This document shows, one piece after another, positions 1-11,696 of a stretch of 64,000 nucleotides of DNA (positions are counted from its first letter, which is position 1; each line of letters starts with the position of its first letter). The notes under the pieces were generated by a model. The model saw only the letters and a list, made by a program, of their open reading frames with translations, ran no database searches and had not been told where the DNA came from. The DNA comes from Escherichia phage phiEC1: the sequence record KY608965.1. One strand, given 5' to 3'. Both the position numbers and the translations under genes were made by a program.

Positions 1-1863
1 TTTAAACGTGTGTTTGGTAATACTGAAGAAGAACGCCGTCGTATTGAACCAGGGTACACCAGTATGTCTACTGATGGTGTTGAGTTATCTATTTCATCTA
101 GTAATTTTAAATTTCTAGAATCAGATATTGTTGATGACCCAAAAACACAAGTCAAGTACGGTTTAATCGGTGCTGTTAAATATGAGTATCCTCGTGAATG
201 GCTGGCTGATAAACATTATCATATGATGGCATTTATTTCAACTGAAGACTCTCAATGGGAATCGTTCACTCCTCAACCTATGGAATACTACGCTGAGCCA
301 TTCTTTAGTTATTCTAGAAAGTCTGGTACTCGTTGTTGGATTAATAACTCAGACAAGGCCGTTGTAATTTATTCTGATTTACTTTACACTAAGGTTATTG
401 AGAATCATCCACTTAGTTCTTCAGACCGTGAAGTTCATGAATATTGGAAGGACGGTGACTGTACAATAGTGATGCCTAACGTAGATTTCACCGGATTTAA
501 AAAATATGCATCCGGCATGATTTTCTATAAATCATCAGGTGAGATTATTTCTTATTATGATTTTAGTTATCGTGTTAGAGATAATGTTTCTATAATTTGG
601 AAGCCTACTAATATATTCTTAACAGCATCATTACAAAACCAAGAAAAAGATACCACATGGACTCCTGTAGAAGAGAACGGTATTGCAGACCCAGATTTAC
701 GACCATTGCTCACTACAATGATGCCGGAGTCTTATCTTTTAGATAATACAAACTTCGAAGCATTCTGCGAGGCTTATATTCAGTATCTTTCTGACGGCTA
801 TGGGACCCATTATAACAATCTTTTAAATCTTATTAAAAATCAATATCCACGCGAAGAACATGCGTGGGAATACTTATGGTCTGAGATTTATAAAAGAAAC
901 ATTTACTTAAACGCCGAAAAACGCGATTTAGTGTCTCGTTTCTTTGAATCAAGAAGTTATGACTTCTATTCAACTAAAGGAACTGAAGCATCATATAAAT
1001 TCTTGTTTAAAGTGCTTTATAACGAAGATGTTGAAATTGAAATTGAATCTAGTTCCGGGACCGAATATGATATCATCATTGAATCTGATTCGTTGACAGA
1101 AGATTTGGTCGGACAAACCATATACACCGCGACAGGACGTTGTAATGTGACGTATATCGAGAGAAGTTACTCTAAAGGTAAATTACAATGGACCGTAACA
1201 ATTCACAACCTCTTAGGTCGTTTAATCCAAGGACAGGAAGTTAAAGCTGAAAGACTCCCTGGTTTTGAAGGTGAAATTGTTCGTGGTATTAAAGGTAAAG
1301 AGCTTTCTCAGAACAACATCGATTACATAAATCGTGGTAGAGCATACTACGTAATGAAGATTAAATCTAAACTTCCATCGTCTCGTTGGAAATCAGACGT
1401 ATTACGTTTTGTTCATCCAGTTGGATTTGGATTTATCGCAATTACACTTCTCACAATGTTTATTAACACTGGATTAACACTTAAACATGTTGAAACCATT
1501 ATTAATAAATACAAAAACTATAAGTGGGATTCTGGATTACCGACTAAATACGCAGACCGAGTGGCTAAATTAGACCCACAAGGAAATGTTGAGTTTGACC
1601 CTATTACAGGTAAAGCTATATATGAAATAGGCCCTATGGCTGGTCAAGATTATCCATTGCCTGAAGATTATAACGCTGAAAACAATAACTCTATATTTCA
1701 AGGTCAGCTTCCATCAGAACGACGTAAACTGATGAGCCCGTTATTTGATGCGTCCGGAACAACATTCTCTAGATTTAGAGATTTGGTTGAACAACGGTTA
1801 ATCGATAATGTAGGAAATCCAAGAGACCCCGTGAATCCACCACAGGTTAAATTAGATGAATGA
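1..1863 (+). CDS. 7: Baseplate wedge protein gp7, C-terminal part (gene starts upstream of the window)
   Basis: Frame of track ORF 10..1863 stays open back to nt 1; 8-nt overlap with gp8 start as in T4; assignment by synteny. Confidence 0.8.
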   Translation, partial: FKRVFGNTEEERRRIEPGYTSMSTDGVELSISSSNFKFLESDIVDDPKTQVKYGLIGAVKYEYPREWLADKHYHMMAFISTEDSQWESFTPQPMEYYAEPFFSYSRKSGTRCWINNSDKAVVIYSDLLYTKVIENHPLSSSDREVHEYWKDGDCTIVMPNVDFTGFKKYASGMIFYKSSGEIISYYDFSYRVRDNVSIIWKPTNIFLTASLQNQEKDTTWTPVEENGIADPDLRPLLTTMMPESYLLDNTNFEAFCEAYIQYLSDGYGTHYNNLLNLIKNQYPREEHAWEYLWSEIYKRNIYLNAEKRDLVSRFFESRSYDFYSTKGTEASYKFLFKVLYNEDVEIEIESSSGTEYDIIIESDSLTEDLVGQTIYTATGRCNVTYIERSYSKGKLQWTVTIHNLLGRLIQGQEVKAERLPGFEGEIVRGIKGKELSQNNIDYINRGRAYYVMKIKSKLPSSRWKSDVLRFVHPVGFGFIAITLLTMFINTGLTLKHVETIINKYKNYKWDSGLPTKYADRVAKLDPQGNVEFDPITGKAIYEIGPMAGQDYPLPEDYNAENNNSIFQGQLPSERRKLMSPLFDASGTTFSRFRDLVEQRLIDNVGNPRDPVNPPQVKLDE

Positions 1864-2860
1864 TTCAAGTGTTATCTATCGTGCAATAGTTACATCAAAA
1901 TTTAGAACAGAGAAAATGCTGAATTTTTATAATTCGGTTGGGGATGGAGATGATAAGAACTCCATTTATATTACGTTTGGACGTTCAGAGCCTTGGGCGT
2001 CAAATGAAAATGAGGTGGGCTTCGCCCCACCTTATCCTACAGATTCTGTTCTTGGTGTTACTGATATGTGGACCCATATGATGGGCACCGTTAAAGTTTT
2101 ACCTTCAATGTTAGATTCTGTTATTCCTAGGCGTGATTGGGGAGATGTGCGATATCCAGACCCTTACACGTTTAGAATTAACGATATAGTCGCATGTAAT
2201 ACTGCTCCGTACAACGCGACAGAAGTTGGAGCCGGTTGGTTAATTTACCGTTGTTTAGACGTCCCTGACGTAGGGCTCTGTTCAATAGAATCTTTAGATA
2301 ATAAAGATGAATGTCTTAAATTAGGTGGTAAATGGACCCCGTCTGTTCGTTCTATGTCTCCTCCTGAAGGCAGAGGCGATGCTAATGGGGTTATCGAAAC
2401 CGGTGATGGATATATTTGGGAATACCTTTATGAGATTCCTGCCGATGTGTCAATTAACCGTTGCACTAATGAGTATCTTGTAGTTCCATGGCCGGAAGAA
2501 ATTAAAGAAGACCCTACGCGTTGGGGATACGAAAATAACTTAACTTGGCAACAAGATGACTATGGCTTGATTTACCGTGTTAAAGCCAATACGATGCGGT
2601 TTAAAGCATATTTTGATTCTGTTTATTTCCCTGAGGCAGCTTTGCCTGGTAACAAGGGTTTTAGACAGATATCAATTATCACAAACCCATTAGAAGCTAA
2701 GAAAAATCCAAATGACCCTAATGTTAAAGCAGAAAAGGATTATTACGACCCTAGAGACCTGCAACGTCATTCTGGTGAAATGATTTATATGGAAAACCGA
2801 CCACCTGTTATTATGGCAATGGACCAAACAGAAGAAATTAACATTTTGTTTATGTTTTAA
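1856..2860 (+). CDS. 8: Baseplate wedge protein gp8
   Basis: 334 aa, same length as T4 gp8; sequence matches recalled T4 gp8 (MNDSSVIYRAIVTSKFRTEKMLNFYNS...); synteny. Confidence 0.93.
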   Translation: MNDSSVIYRAIVTSKFRTEKMLNFYNSVGDGDDKNSIYITFGRSEPWASNENEVGFAPPYPTDSVLGVTDMWTHMMGTVKVLPSMLDSVIPRRDWGDVRYPDPYTFRINDIVACNTAPYNATEVGAGWLIYRCLDVPDVGLCSIESLDNKDECLKLGGKWTPSVRSMSPPEGRGDANGVIETGDGYIWEYLYEIPADVSINRCTNEYLVVPWPEEIKEDPTRWGYENNLTWQQDDYGLIYRVKANTMRFKAYFDSVYFPEAALPGNKGFRQISIITNPLEAKKNPNDPNVKAEKDYYDPRDLQRHSGEMIYMENRPPVIMAMDQTEEINILFMF

Positions 2861-2863
2861 TTA

Positions 2864-2888
2864 GGGAGCCTTCGGGCTCCCATTTTTG
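2864..2888 (+). terminator. Rho-independent terminator after gene 8
   Basis: GGGAGCC-TTCG-GGCTCCC hairpin followed by ATTTTTG. Confidence 0.8.
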
Positions 2889-2892
2889 TATC

Positions 2893-2900
2893 TATAAATA
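2893..2900 (+). promoter_or_regulatory. Late promoter (TATAAATA) for gene 9
   Basis: Exact TATAAATA 32 nt upstream of the gp9 ATG. Confidence 0.75.
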
Positions 2901-2932
2901 GAATATAATATCGGACAACAAAAGGCAGAATT

Positions 2933-3805
2933 ATGGCATTTTTTAAGCAAACTCCTAAACAATTAATCGATACCGGCGAAATTGGTAATGCCTCAACAGG
3001 TGATATCTTATTCGACGGTGGTAATAAAATAAATGACGATATCAACGCTATTTACAATGCATTTGGCGATCAACGTAAAATGGCCGTAGCAGATGGAACC
3101 GGACCTACAGGTCAAACTATTCATGCCACAGGTTATTATCAAAAAGGAAAGGCAGCTGATTATCAAACTCCTATTAAACCAGGCACTATGCATGATATTG
3201 ATGCTTCTGATGGTGGTGTGATTGTTATTATTGACCGTCCTGAATTAGGTGACTCTGTAGAATTCATAAACTCTAATGGGTCTATTTCTGTTAACAATCC
3301 TTTAAGTATCCAAGTAACCGATGGTTCGATTAAAGGTGTTCTTAATAATCTTGTTATTTCCACACCTTATACCCATGTTGTTCTTCGTTGTGTTGAAATT
3401 AATGGGCCGACTTCAGTATGGAATTATTCTACTGATAGCATGTTTGGACAGAAAGAATCTCCTGTTGATGGGACTTGGAGTCTTACAGGAAACACAGTTT
3501 CTATTCCTCTGTTTTATCGCACGGATTATAACATGGCTAAATTGCTTGTTACATGTCAATCCGCTGATGGTAGAAAAATAAAAACATGCGAAATAAATAT
3601 TCTAATAGATACAATTAACTCAGAAGTTCTTTCTACCGAATTTGCAGTAATGCGAGTTGGTAATGTAGATGAAACCGACGAGATTGCTAATATTAGCTTT
3701 AGTATTATTAACAACTTTGCTACTATGACGATTACATCCGATATTATTGGATTACGTTCAGCAGTTAAAATTATCTCAACTCAGAAAATTGGGGTCGCTC
3801 AATAA
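2933..3805 (+). CDS. 9: Baseplate wedge / long-tail-fibre attachment protein gp9
   Basis: 290 aa; matches recalled T4 gp9 (…LIDTGEIGNASTGDILFDGGNKIN…); late promoter and terminator just upstream. Confidence 0.93.
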   Translation: MAFFKQTPKQLIDTGEIGNASTGDILFDGGNKINDDINAIYNAFGDQRKMAVADGTGPTGQTIHATGYYQKGKAADYQTPIKPGTMHDIDASDGGVIVIIDRPELGDSVEFINSNGSISVNNPLSIQVTDGSIKGVLNNLVISTPYTHVVLRCVEINGPTSVWNYSTDSMFGQKESPVDGTWSLTGNTVSIPLFYRTDYNMAKLLVTCQSADGRKIKTCEINILIDTINSEVLSTEFAVMRVGNVDETDEIANISFSIINNFATMTITSDIIGLRSAVKIISTQKIGVAQ

Positions 3806-5610
3806 TGAAACAAAATATTAAAATTGGTAACGTCGTTGATGACGGACAAGGCGATTACCTTCGTCGAGGTGGTGAAAAGATAAATGAGAACTTTGACGAA
3901 ATCTATTATGAATTAGGTGATGGTGAAGTTCCTTATGCCGCTGGTGCATGGAAGACTTATGATGCGGCTGATGGTCTTAATCTTAAGGCTGCTTGGGGTA
4001 AATCTTATGCAATTAATACTACTTCTGGGCGAGTTTCGGTAAATCTTCCTAAAGGGACAATTGCAGACTATAATAAAGTTATTCGTGCTCGTGACGTATT
4101 TGCAACTTGGAACATTAACCCTGTTACTTTAATTCCGGCAAACGGAGACACGATTAAAGGTTCTTCATCTCCAGTAGAAATTAACGTTCAGTTCTCTGAT
4201 TTAGAATTAGTTTATTGTGCTCCTGGACGTTGGGAATACATCAAGAACAAACAAATTGATAAAATAGTTAGCTCTGACATTAGTAACGTTGCTCGTAGAG
4301 AATATCTGGTTGAAACCCAAGGTCAGACCGATTTCATGGATGTTTTTAACGGGACCTCTTATAACGTTAACAACATTCGCGTAAAACATCGTGGCAACGA
4401 ATTGTATTATGGTGATGTATTCAGTGATAATAGTGATTTTGGTTCCCCAGGCGCTAATCCTGGTGAACTGGTTGCACTTGATGGATTTAATATTAGATTA
4501 CGCCAACCATGTAATGTTGGGGACACTGTACAAATTGAGACATTCCTAGATGGTGTTTCTCAGTGGCGTAGTTCATATACTCGTCGCCAAGTTCGCATTT
4601 TAGATAGTAAATTGACTGCTAAAAAGTCTATTGATGGAAGTATTTACGTCACTGATTTGAGTACGTTCCGATCTATTCCATTTACAGCATTTGGTATTAA
4701 TCCTACAGAACCACCTAACCCGAATTCGTTAGAAGTTCGCTTCAATGGTATTCTCCAAGAATTAGCTGGTACTGTTGGAACTCCTATTTTCCGTTGTGAA
4801 GGTGTGGATGCTGATTCTGAAGAGTCATGCGCTAATCTCGGTGGGACATGGACTCAATCATATACAGATTATGCGATTGAATATACTGATAATATCCCTA
4901 GCGCAATTCTGTTTGACCGTCAATTTGAAGACCAGGACATTATTACCATCACATGGTTTAATAACGATTTAGGAACTCTTCTTGAAATGGAAGAAATCCT
5001 TGATGTCGCTGATGAGAAATATGTTTCTCAAGGGTCTAACATTGAAATTACCGGTGACGTTGCATTAACCGATTTCGATAAAATTGGATGGCCTAATGTA
5101 GAACCTGTTCCTAAGTACGAACGTGAATTCTCGACTATCTCAGCAATATTTGATACAATTTATCCTGTCGGGACTATTTACGAAAATGCGGTTAACCCTA
5201 ATAATCCGGCCACTTATTTAGGTTTTGGTTCGTGGAAAATTTGGGGACAAGGCAAAGTATTAGCAGGTTGGAATGATGACGCGTCGGATCCTAATTTTGC
5301 ATTAAATAATAATGACCTTGACATCAACGGTAACCCTACTCATACCGCAGGTGGTACTGTTGGTGTAACAACTATCACATTAGAAAATGCCGATTTACCA
5401 GCTACACAAACAGATGAAAAGGTTCTTATTTCTGATGATAATGGTACGGTAATTATAGGCGGTTGCCAATATGACCCAGATGCAGAAGGTCCTATTTACA
5501 CTAAATATCGTGAAGACCATGCAAAGACTAACGGATCTCATGTTCCAGCGCGTTCTATAACTAATATTCAGCCATCTATAACTGTATACCGTTGGGTAAG
5601 GATTGCATAA
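3805..5610 (+). CDS. 10: Baseplate wedge protein gp10
   Basis: 601 aa (T4 gp10 is 602 aa); TAATG overlap with gp9 stop; synteny. Confidence 0.9.
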   Translation: MKQNIKIGNVVDDGQGDYLRRGGEKINENFDEIYYELGDGEVPYAAGAWKTYDAADGLNLKAAWGKSYAINTTSGRVSVNLPKGTIADYNKVIRARDVFATWNINPVTLIPANGDTIKGSSSPVEINVQFSDLELVYCAPGRWEYIKNKQIDKIVSSDISNVARREYLVETQGQTDFMDVFNGTSYNVNNIRVKHRGNELYYGDVFSDNSDFGSPGANPGELVALDGFNIRLRQPCNVGDTVQIETFLDGVSQWRSSYTRRQVRILDSKLTAKKSIDGSIYVTDLSTFRSIPFTAFGINPTEPPNPNSLEVRFNGILQELAGTVGTPIFRCEGVDADSEESCANLGGTWTQSYTDYAIEYTDNIPSAILFDRQFEDQDIITITWFNNDLGTLLEMEEILDVADEKYVSQGSNIEITGDVALTDFDKIGWPNVEPVPKYEREFSTISAIFDTIYPVGTIYENAVNPNNPATYLGFGSWKIWGQGKVLAGWNDDASDPNFALNNNDLDINGNPTHTAGGTVGVTTITLENADLPATQTDEKVLISDDNGTVIIGGCQYDPDAEGPIYTKYREDHAKTNGSHVPARSITNIQPSITVYRWVRIA

Positions 5611-6269
5611 TGACTGTACTTAATACAAAGGCGGGAGTTATTTCCCGTCATGCTGATTTTTTGAATTACAGAAAAAATCCAGCTCAAATTGATGTTTTAA
5701 ACAACCAAGCTGTAGGTTCCGTGACTATTTCTCAGTTAGCTCGTGGTTTTTATGATGCTAACGTAGAATCTGCAATAAATGATGTCCATAATATGGCACG
5801 AGCTGATATTGGTACTGTTGTAACAAACACTTCAGGCATATCGCCTGAAGGTACAGCACAAGTTGATTATTGGACTTTTTCTGGTGATGTTCTCGACGAT
5901 ACTTTGGCCCCTGGAACGCCGGTCGTTATTAACGTATTTGGACTTGCTGTTAAAGCAACAATTGGTATGACTGATAACGAATTAACTGCACAAGTTCGTA
6001 TAGCTTTACAAGAAGCCATTGCTAATCAAATCGCTATTTCTTCTTATAAAGACCATCCATCCGAAGGTAATAAACTTCAGGTGACATATTTAGATAACCA
6101 ACGTCATGTGTTGCCAACATATGCTTCGTTTGGTGTAACAATTTCGCAAGAAATTTTGTCTGAAGCAAAATCCGGATACGGAACATGGAATTTATTGGGT
6201 GCCCAAACGGTTACTCTTGATAACCATGATACTCCTACCGTTTTCTACCACTTTGTGAGAGCCTCATGA
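5610..6269 (+). CDS. 11: Baseplate wedge protein gp11 (short-tail-fibre attachment)
   Basis: ATG at 5610 overlaps gp10 stop (TAATG); 219 aa as in T4 gp11; track ORF from 5592 starts at a non-ATG codon. Confidence 0.88.
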   Translation: MTVLNTKAGVISRHADFLNYRKNPAQIDVLNNQAVGSVTISQLARGFYDANVESAINDVHNMARADIGTVVTNTSGISPEGTAQVDYWTFSGDVLDDTLAPGTPVVINVFGLAVKATIGMTDNELTAQVRIALQEAIANQIAISSYKDHPSEGNKLQVTYLDNQRHVLPTYASFGVTISQEILSEAKSGYGTWNLLGAQTVTLDNHDTPTVFYHFVRAS

Positions 6270-7849
6270 GTAATAACAATACATACCAACACGTTTCAAA
6301 CGAATCCATTTACGTTGAATTCGACCCTACGGGGACGAATTTTCCAGATACAGTCACTAATGTCCAAGCCGCATTAGCTGCTATTTCTCCTTCAGGTGTT
6401 AATGGTGTACCGGAAGCAACAACTACTACACCAGGAATTATTCAAATAGCTACTCCACAAGAAGTTATTGATGGATTAGATAATAATAAAGCTGTTACTC
6501 CAGCATCACTGAATGCTCGTCTACAATATCCTAATGCAACCGAAACTCAATATGGCTTAACTCGTTATGCTACTGAAGATGAAGCAGTAACCGGAACTAT
6601 TGACGATGCATCAATTACTCCGCTTAAATTGAATCAAAAAATAGACAATGTATTTCAGACAAAAGTGTCAACAGAAGCAACAAATGGTGTAATTAAAATT
6701 TCAACTTCTGCTGCCGCATTAGCTGGTTCTGATGATACAACGGCAATGACTCCGTTAAAAACGCAACAATTAGCAATTAAACTTATTTCACAAATTGCTC
6801 CAAATAATAGTGACGCCACCGAATCTATTACAGGTGTTGTTCGTTTGGCTACAGTTGCTCAAGCACAACAAGGCACCCTGCGTGAAGGCTATGCAATTTC
6901 GCCTTATACCTTTATGAATTCAGTAGCATCAGAAACTAATAAAGGCGTCGTTAAACTAGGGACACAGACTGAAGTAAATAGTAACAACTCTTCAGTTGTA
7001 GTGACCGGCGCAACATTAAACGGGCGTGGGGCTACAACTTCTTTACGTGGAGTTGTTCGTTTAACTACACAAGCGGGTAGCCAATCAGGTGGTGATGGTT
7101 CTTCTGCTCTTGCTTGGAATGCTGATGTTATCCACCAACGAGGCGGACAAACTATTAATGGCACACTTCGCATTAATAATACGTTGACGGTTGGTTCTGG
7201 CGGCGCTAATATAACTGGTAATGTCAATATGACAGGTGGTTATATTCAAGGCAATCGTATTGTGACTCAAAATGAATTAGACCGAATTCTTCCAGTTGGC
7301 GCTATTACAATGTGGGCTGCAGATAGTTTACCGAGTTCCGACTGGCGCTTCTGTCACGGTGGGACTGTTTCTGCTTCAGAATGTCCAGTATATGCTTCCA
7401 GAATTGGGACACGATATGGTGGTAGTTCTTCTAACCCAGGCTTGCCTGATATGCGTGGATTATTTGTTCGTGGCTCAGGTCGTGGCTCTCACTTAACAAA
7501 TCCAAATGTTAATGGTAATGACCAGTTTGGTAAGCCTAGATTAGGTGTAGGTTGTACTGGTGGATATGTTGGTGAAGTACAGAAACAACAGATGTCTTAT
7601 CATAAACACGCTGGCGGATTTGGTGAGCATGATGATTCTGGAGCATTCGGTAATACCCGTAGATCAAATTTTGTTGGTACACGTAAAGGACTTGACTGGG
7701 ATAACCGTTCATACTTCACCAATGACGGATATGAAATTGACCCGGCATCACAACGAAATTCCAAATATACATTAAATCGTCCTGAATTAATTGGAAATGA
7801 AACACGCCCATGGAACATTTCTTTAAACTATATCATTAAGGTAAAATAA
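6266..7849 (+). CDS. 12: Short tail fibre protein gp12
   Basis: 527 aa as in T4 gp12; ATGA overlap with gp11; repeat-rich fibre sequence. Confidence 0.92.
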   Translation: MSNNNTYQHVSNESIYVEFDPTGTNFPDTVTNVQAALAAISPSGVNGVPEATTTTPGIIQIATPQEVIDGLDNNKAVTPASLNARLQYPNATETQYGLTRYATEDEAVTGTIDDASITPLKLNQKIDNVFQTKVSTEATNGVIKISTSAAALAGSDDTTAMTPLKTQQLAIKLISQIAPNNSDATESITGVVRLATVAQAQQGTLREGYAISPYTFMNSVASETNKGVVKLGTQTEVNSNNSSVVVTGATLNGRGATTSLRGVVRLTTQAGSQSGGDGSSALAWNADVIHQRGGQTINGTLRINNTLTVGSGGANITGNVNMTGGYIQGNRIVTQNELDRILPVGAITMWAADSLPSSDWRFCHGGTVSASECPVYASRIGTRYGGSSSNPGLPDMRGLFVRGSGRGSHLTNPNVNGNDQFGKPRLGVGCTGGYVGEVQKQQMSYHKHAGGFGEHDDSGAFGNTRRSNFVGTRKGLDWDNRSYFTNDGYEIDPASQRNSKYTLNRPELIGNETRPWNISLNYIIKVK

Positions 7850-9297
7850 TGGCTGATATATCTCTGGTAGATTTACCATATGTTGACGGCCCGCCAGACG
7901 CGGGTCAGAGTCGTATTGAATGGATTAAAAACGATGAAGAAATAACAGGTGCCGACACAAAATACGGTTCTGAAGGTGTAATGAACCGTCCTATTGTTGA
8001 AGTTCAACGTAACGTAGAAGCGTTAGATGTTAATATTAAAACTATAGCATCTTCTTTGAATACGGCCAATGAAGATATCAAAGTTATTCAAGGTATTTTA
8101 GATGTTTCTGGGGATGTTGATGCTCTTGCACAGATAGGCCAGAACACCCAAGATATCGATGTCATTAAAGTCACAGTTCAAACTCATGCCAGTGAATTGA
8201 ATGATTTGAATGAACATATTGATGCGAATACTGATGATATTGGTGTTTATAATCAGGAAACAGATTCAGTTTATAGAACGGTTCGTAATGACCTGCTTTG
8301 GATTAAAAATGAATTAGGACAATATACTGGTCAAGATATTAATGGGGTTCCTACTCCAGGAAATGATAGCACTGGTATGAAACGCCGTATTATGACTAAT
8401 AGCTCCGTAATTGTTGACCACGGCGTTCGATTAACTGATTTAGAAACTAAATTTGCTGATTCTGACGTCGGCTCTTTAACTATTGAAGTCGAACGCTTAC
8501 GCGAAGAAATGGGACCTCGTACTTCTTTCACTACTCCAGTGTTTAGTCGTCTTTCCGGTATTGATTTAACCTTGTCGCGTCAAAATGCTGACTTGGACGG
8601 CATTAAACAGTCTATTGGATATCCTAATACGACTTCTATTATTACTACCACTAATGCAAATAGTTCAGCAATAAATGACATTAATCTTGAGCTCAATCAA
8701 TCAGGTGGTATTAAACCTCGTTTGACTACAGTAGAAACTGCCATTGGCGCTGATGATTTGCCTACTACAATCCAAGGTCGTATTAAACTCAATACTGATG
8801 CTATCGGAGCATTGAACACTGTTGTCGGCTCTGATTCTTCGTCAGGATTGCGTTTTAATGTGTCATGGTTAAATAACGTAGTTGGTGTTGACGCTTCAGG
8901 TGGGAAACCGGAACCAGCCGGCTCTTTGCTTTATCGTACTCGAGAGCTTGAAGGAACTATCAGTGGGATGAGTAATGACATTCAGAACATTCAAACTGAT
9001 GTTGGGACTACTACCACAGGAATTAAGGGTTCTGTAAACACATTAAATACTCTTATAAATGGCACCAACCCAAATGGTTCGACTGTTGAAGAACGCGGTA
9101 TATTGCCTACAGTTAAAAGTCATGATACGACAATTAATAGTTTAACTTCTAGAATTGCTACTCTTGAAACTGATTTGGCCGCTGCAGAAGCTGAAATCCA
9201 AACTCTTAAGGAAGCTGGATATATTGAAGATGCTCCTTCAGACGGTAAATTCTATGTTCGCAAAGATGGTGCATGGGTTGAACTTCCTACAGCTTAA
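7849..9297 (+). CDS. wac: Fibritin (whisker antigen control, neck whiskers)
   Basis: 482 aa; C-terminal foldon-like motif GYIEDAPSDGKFYVRKDGAWVEL; coiled-coil heptad repeats; synteny. Confidence 0.92.
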   Translation: MADISLVDLPYVDGPPDAGQSRIEWIKNDEEITGADTKYGSEGVMNRPIVEVQRNVEALDVNIKTIASSLNTANEDIKVIQGILDVSGDVDALAQIGQNTQDIDVIKVTVQTHASELNDLNEHIDANTDDIGVYNQETDSVYRTVRNDLLWIKNELGQYTGQDINGVPTPGNDSTGMKRRIMTNSSVIVDHGVRLTDLETKFADSDVGSLTIEVERLREEMGPRTSFTTPVFSRLSGIDLTLSRQNADLDGIKQSIGYPNTTSIITTTNANSSAINDINLELNQSGGIKPRLTTVETAIGADDLPTTIQGRIKLNTDAIGALNTVVGSDSSSGLRFNVSWLNNVVGVDASGGKPEPAGSLLYRTRELEGTISGMSNDIQNIQTDVGTTTTGIKGSVNTLNTLINGTNPNGSTVEERGILPTVKSHDTTINSLTSRIATLETDLAAAEAEIQTLKEAGYIEDAPSDGKFYVRKDGAWVELPTA

Positions 9298-9303
9298 TGA
9301 AAA

Positions 9304-9317
9304 GGGCCTTCGGGCCC
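9304..9317. other. Intercistronic GC hairpin with UUCG tetraloop (wac/13)
   Basis: GGGCC-TTCG-GGCCC; no U-tract on + strand, TTTTCA on - strand. Confidence 0.6.
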
Positions 9318-9329
9318 TAAAGGATTTAT

Positions 9330-10256
9330 ATGTCAGGTTATAATGCACAAAACCCTAAAGAATTAAAGGACGTAATATTACGTCGTTTAGGCGCTCCTAT
9401 TGTAAATGTTGAATTAACTACAGACCAAATTTATGATTGTATTTCACGAGCGTTAGAACTTTATGGCGAATACCATTTTGACGGGTTGAATAAAGGTTTC
9501 CATGTATTTTTTGTTGATGACGAAGAAAAATACCGTCACGGCGTATTTGATATGCGTGGTTCTAACGTATTTGCTGTAACAAGAATTATAAGAACAAATG
9601 TTGGCTCTATTACTTCAATGGATGGTAATGCAACTTATCCATGGTTCACTGATTTCCTTTTAGGAATGGCAGGTGTTTCAGGTGGTATGGGTAGTAATTG
9701 TGGTAAATTCTACGGCCCTAACGCTTTTGGCGCTGATCTCGGGTATTATTCTCAATTAGTATCTTATATGGGTATGCTTCAAGATATGATTGCTCCTCTT
9801 CCAGATTTTTGGTTTAACTCTGCAAACGAGCAATTAAAAGTAATGGGTAACTTTAGACAAAAAGACGTCATTATCGTTGAATCGTATGTTCGCTCTTATA
9901 TCGAGACCCATAAGATGGTAGGAAATACAGTAGGGTATGGTCAGGTCGGTCCTCGTGATTCATGGTCTATTTCTGAACGTTATGACAACCCAGACCATAA
10001 TTTGGTCGGACGACGAGTCGGTGAAGATCCTGCAACCAAACAAGGCGCATATAACAACCGTTGGGTTAAAGATTATGCGACTGCATTAGCTAAAGAGCTT
10101 AATGGACAAATTCTTGCTAAACATCAAGGTATGATGTTACCTGGTGGTGTCACTGTTGACGGTGTTCGATTAATTGAAGAGGCTCGTTTAGAAAAAGAAG
10201 CTTTACGAGAAGAGTTATATTTACTGGACCCTCCTGCAGGTATTTTGGTAGGTTAA
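9330..10256 (+). CDS. 13: Neck protein gp13
   Basis: 308 aa (T4 gp13 is 309 aa); synteny between wac and 14. Confidence 0.9.
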   Translation: MSGYNAQNPKELKDVILRRLGAPIVNVELTTDQIYDCISRALELYGEYHFDGLNKGFHVFFVDDEEKYRHGVFDMRGSNVFAVTRIIRTNVGSITSMDGNATYPWFTDFLLGMAGVSGGMGSNCGKFYGPNAFGADLGYYSQLVSYMGMLQDMIAPLPDFWFNSANEQLKVMGNFRQKDVIIVESYVRSYIETHKMVGNTVGYGQVGPRDSWSISERYDNPDHNLVGRRVGEDPATKQGAYNNRWVKDYATALAKELNGQILAKHQGMMLPGGVTVDGVRLIEEARLEKEALREELYLLDPPAGILVG

Positions 10257-10257
10257 T

Positions 10258-10893
10258 ATGGCGACATACTACAGATTGTATATTACAACATTTGAAACAT
10301 CCACTGGTATAAAGATTTATGGTGGTAAACACAAATCAGTTTACGAAGACCCTTCAAAAGACCCTTATACTGGGTCTGGTACCTTTATACGAAGGGCCAA
10401 AAGAAAATACGGTCCGTCTTGTATAAAAGAAATTATATGGTCTAAGCCATTTGAATCTAAAGCTCTAATGGATGAAGCTGAAGAGTTACTGGTAGATGAA
10501 TTATCCATTTTAGAAAATTGCGCAAATCTTGTTAAAGGTGGTGCAGGCGGAAGGTCGTATATTAACCCAGAAGATAATCCATCTATAGGACAAAAACGTT
10601 CAGCCCAATCTAAAAAGAAAATGTCTGACGCCGCAAAATCAAGAAAATGGACTGAAGAAGGGTTAAGAAAACGTAAAGAATCTACAGCAAGAATGTGGAA
10701 AGATTTCAAACATAGACATCCTGATTTTTCTGGTTCAAAAAATCCAGCAGCTCGAAAAGTTAGTGTAAATGGTAAAATATTTAACACCTGCAAAGAATGT
10801 GGTGAAGAATTTAATATCACATCAAGCGCGGTTATAGGCCGATGCAAAAACAACAAACCTAAATGGGCAGGATGGAATTATGTCGACGTATAA
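10258..10893 (+). CDS. GIY-YIG homing endonuclease (seg-like), inserted between genes 13 and 14
   Basis: N-terminal GIY-YIG-type motifs (YYRLYITT…[10 protein letters not shown]…YTGSG), NLVKGGAGG motif, Lys/Arg-rich C-terminal DNA-binding tail ending …[21 protein letters not shown]…WAGWNY, paralogous to the ORF at 62702..63385. Confidence 0.8.
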   Translation: MATYYRLYITTFETSTGIKIYGGKHKSVYEDPSKDPYTGSGTFIRRAKRKYGPSCIKEIIWSKPFESKALMDEAEELLVDELSILENCANLVKGGAGGRSYINPEDNPSIGQKRSAQSKKKMSDAAKSRKWTEEGLRKRKESTARMWKDFKHRHPDFSGSKNPAARKVSVNGKIFNTCKECGEEFNITSSAVIGRCKNNKPKWAGWNYVDV

Positions 10894-11644
10894 TTCAAAT
10901 TTATTTGCAAAGTTAGAAACCCGAGAAGGCTATTCTAAAACTAATGAAACCGAGATTTTAAACAAATACGTGAACTTCAACAAATACGAAAATAGTCAAA
11001 CCCTAGCTGATGTGTTAGTAGCAGAAAGCATACAGATGCGCGGTATTGAGTGTTTTTATGTTCCACGTGAATATGTTGCCGTGGACCTTATCTTTGGTGA
11101 GGACCTTAAAAATAAATTTACTAAAGCATGGAAATTTGCTGCATATCTGAACTCTTTTGAAGGTTATGAAGGAGCGAAATCGTTCTTCAGCAACTTCGGA
11201 ATGCAAGTTCAAGACGAAGTTACATTATCTATTAACCCAGGTCTTTTCAAACACCAGGTCAACAATCAGGAGCCCAAGGAAGGTGATTTAATATACTTCC
11301 CAATGGACAACAGTTTGTTTGAGATTAACTGGGTTGAACCATATGACCCATTCTATCAAGTAGGTAAAAATGCGATTCGTAAAATTACTGCAGGCAAGTT
11401 TATTTACTCTGGCGAAGAAATCAATCCGGTGCTTCAGAAAAACGAAGGTATCAATATACCTGAATTTAGTGACTTGGAACTTAACCCTGTTAGAAATCTT
11501 GACGGTATCCATGACATTAATATCGATGAATATTCTGAAGTTGAGCAAATCAATTCAGAGGCAAGTGAATACGTTGAGCCGTATGTAGTAGTTAACAACC
11601 GTGGTAGACAAAATTCACCATTTGACGATGGGTTTATGAATTAA
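10880..11644 (+). CDS. 14: Neck protein gp14
   Basis: 254 aa (T4 gp14 is 256 aa); sequence matches recalled T4 gp14 (…NLFAKLE…NFNKYENSQ…). Confidence 0.9.
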   Translation: MSTYNSNLFAKLETREGYSKTNETEILNKYVNFNKYENSQTLADVLVAESIQMRGIECFYVPREYVAVDLIFGEDLKNKFTKAWKFAAYLNSFEGYEGAKSFFSNFGMQVQDEVTLSINPGLFKHQVNNQEPKEGDLIYFPMDNSLFEINWVEPYDPFYQVGKNAIRKITAGKFIYSGEEINPVLQKNEGINIPEFSDLELNPVRNLDGIHDINIDEYSEVEQINSEASEYVEPYVVVNNRGRQNSPFDDGFMN

Positions 11645-11696
11645 TAAATAGATAAGATAAAGCAAACACCGGTCGAAAGGCCGGTTAGGAGAAATG

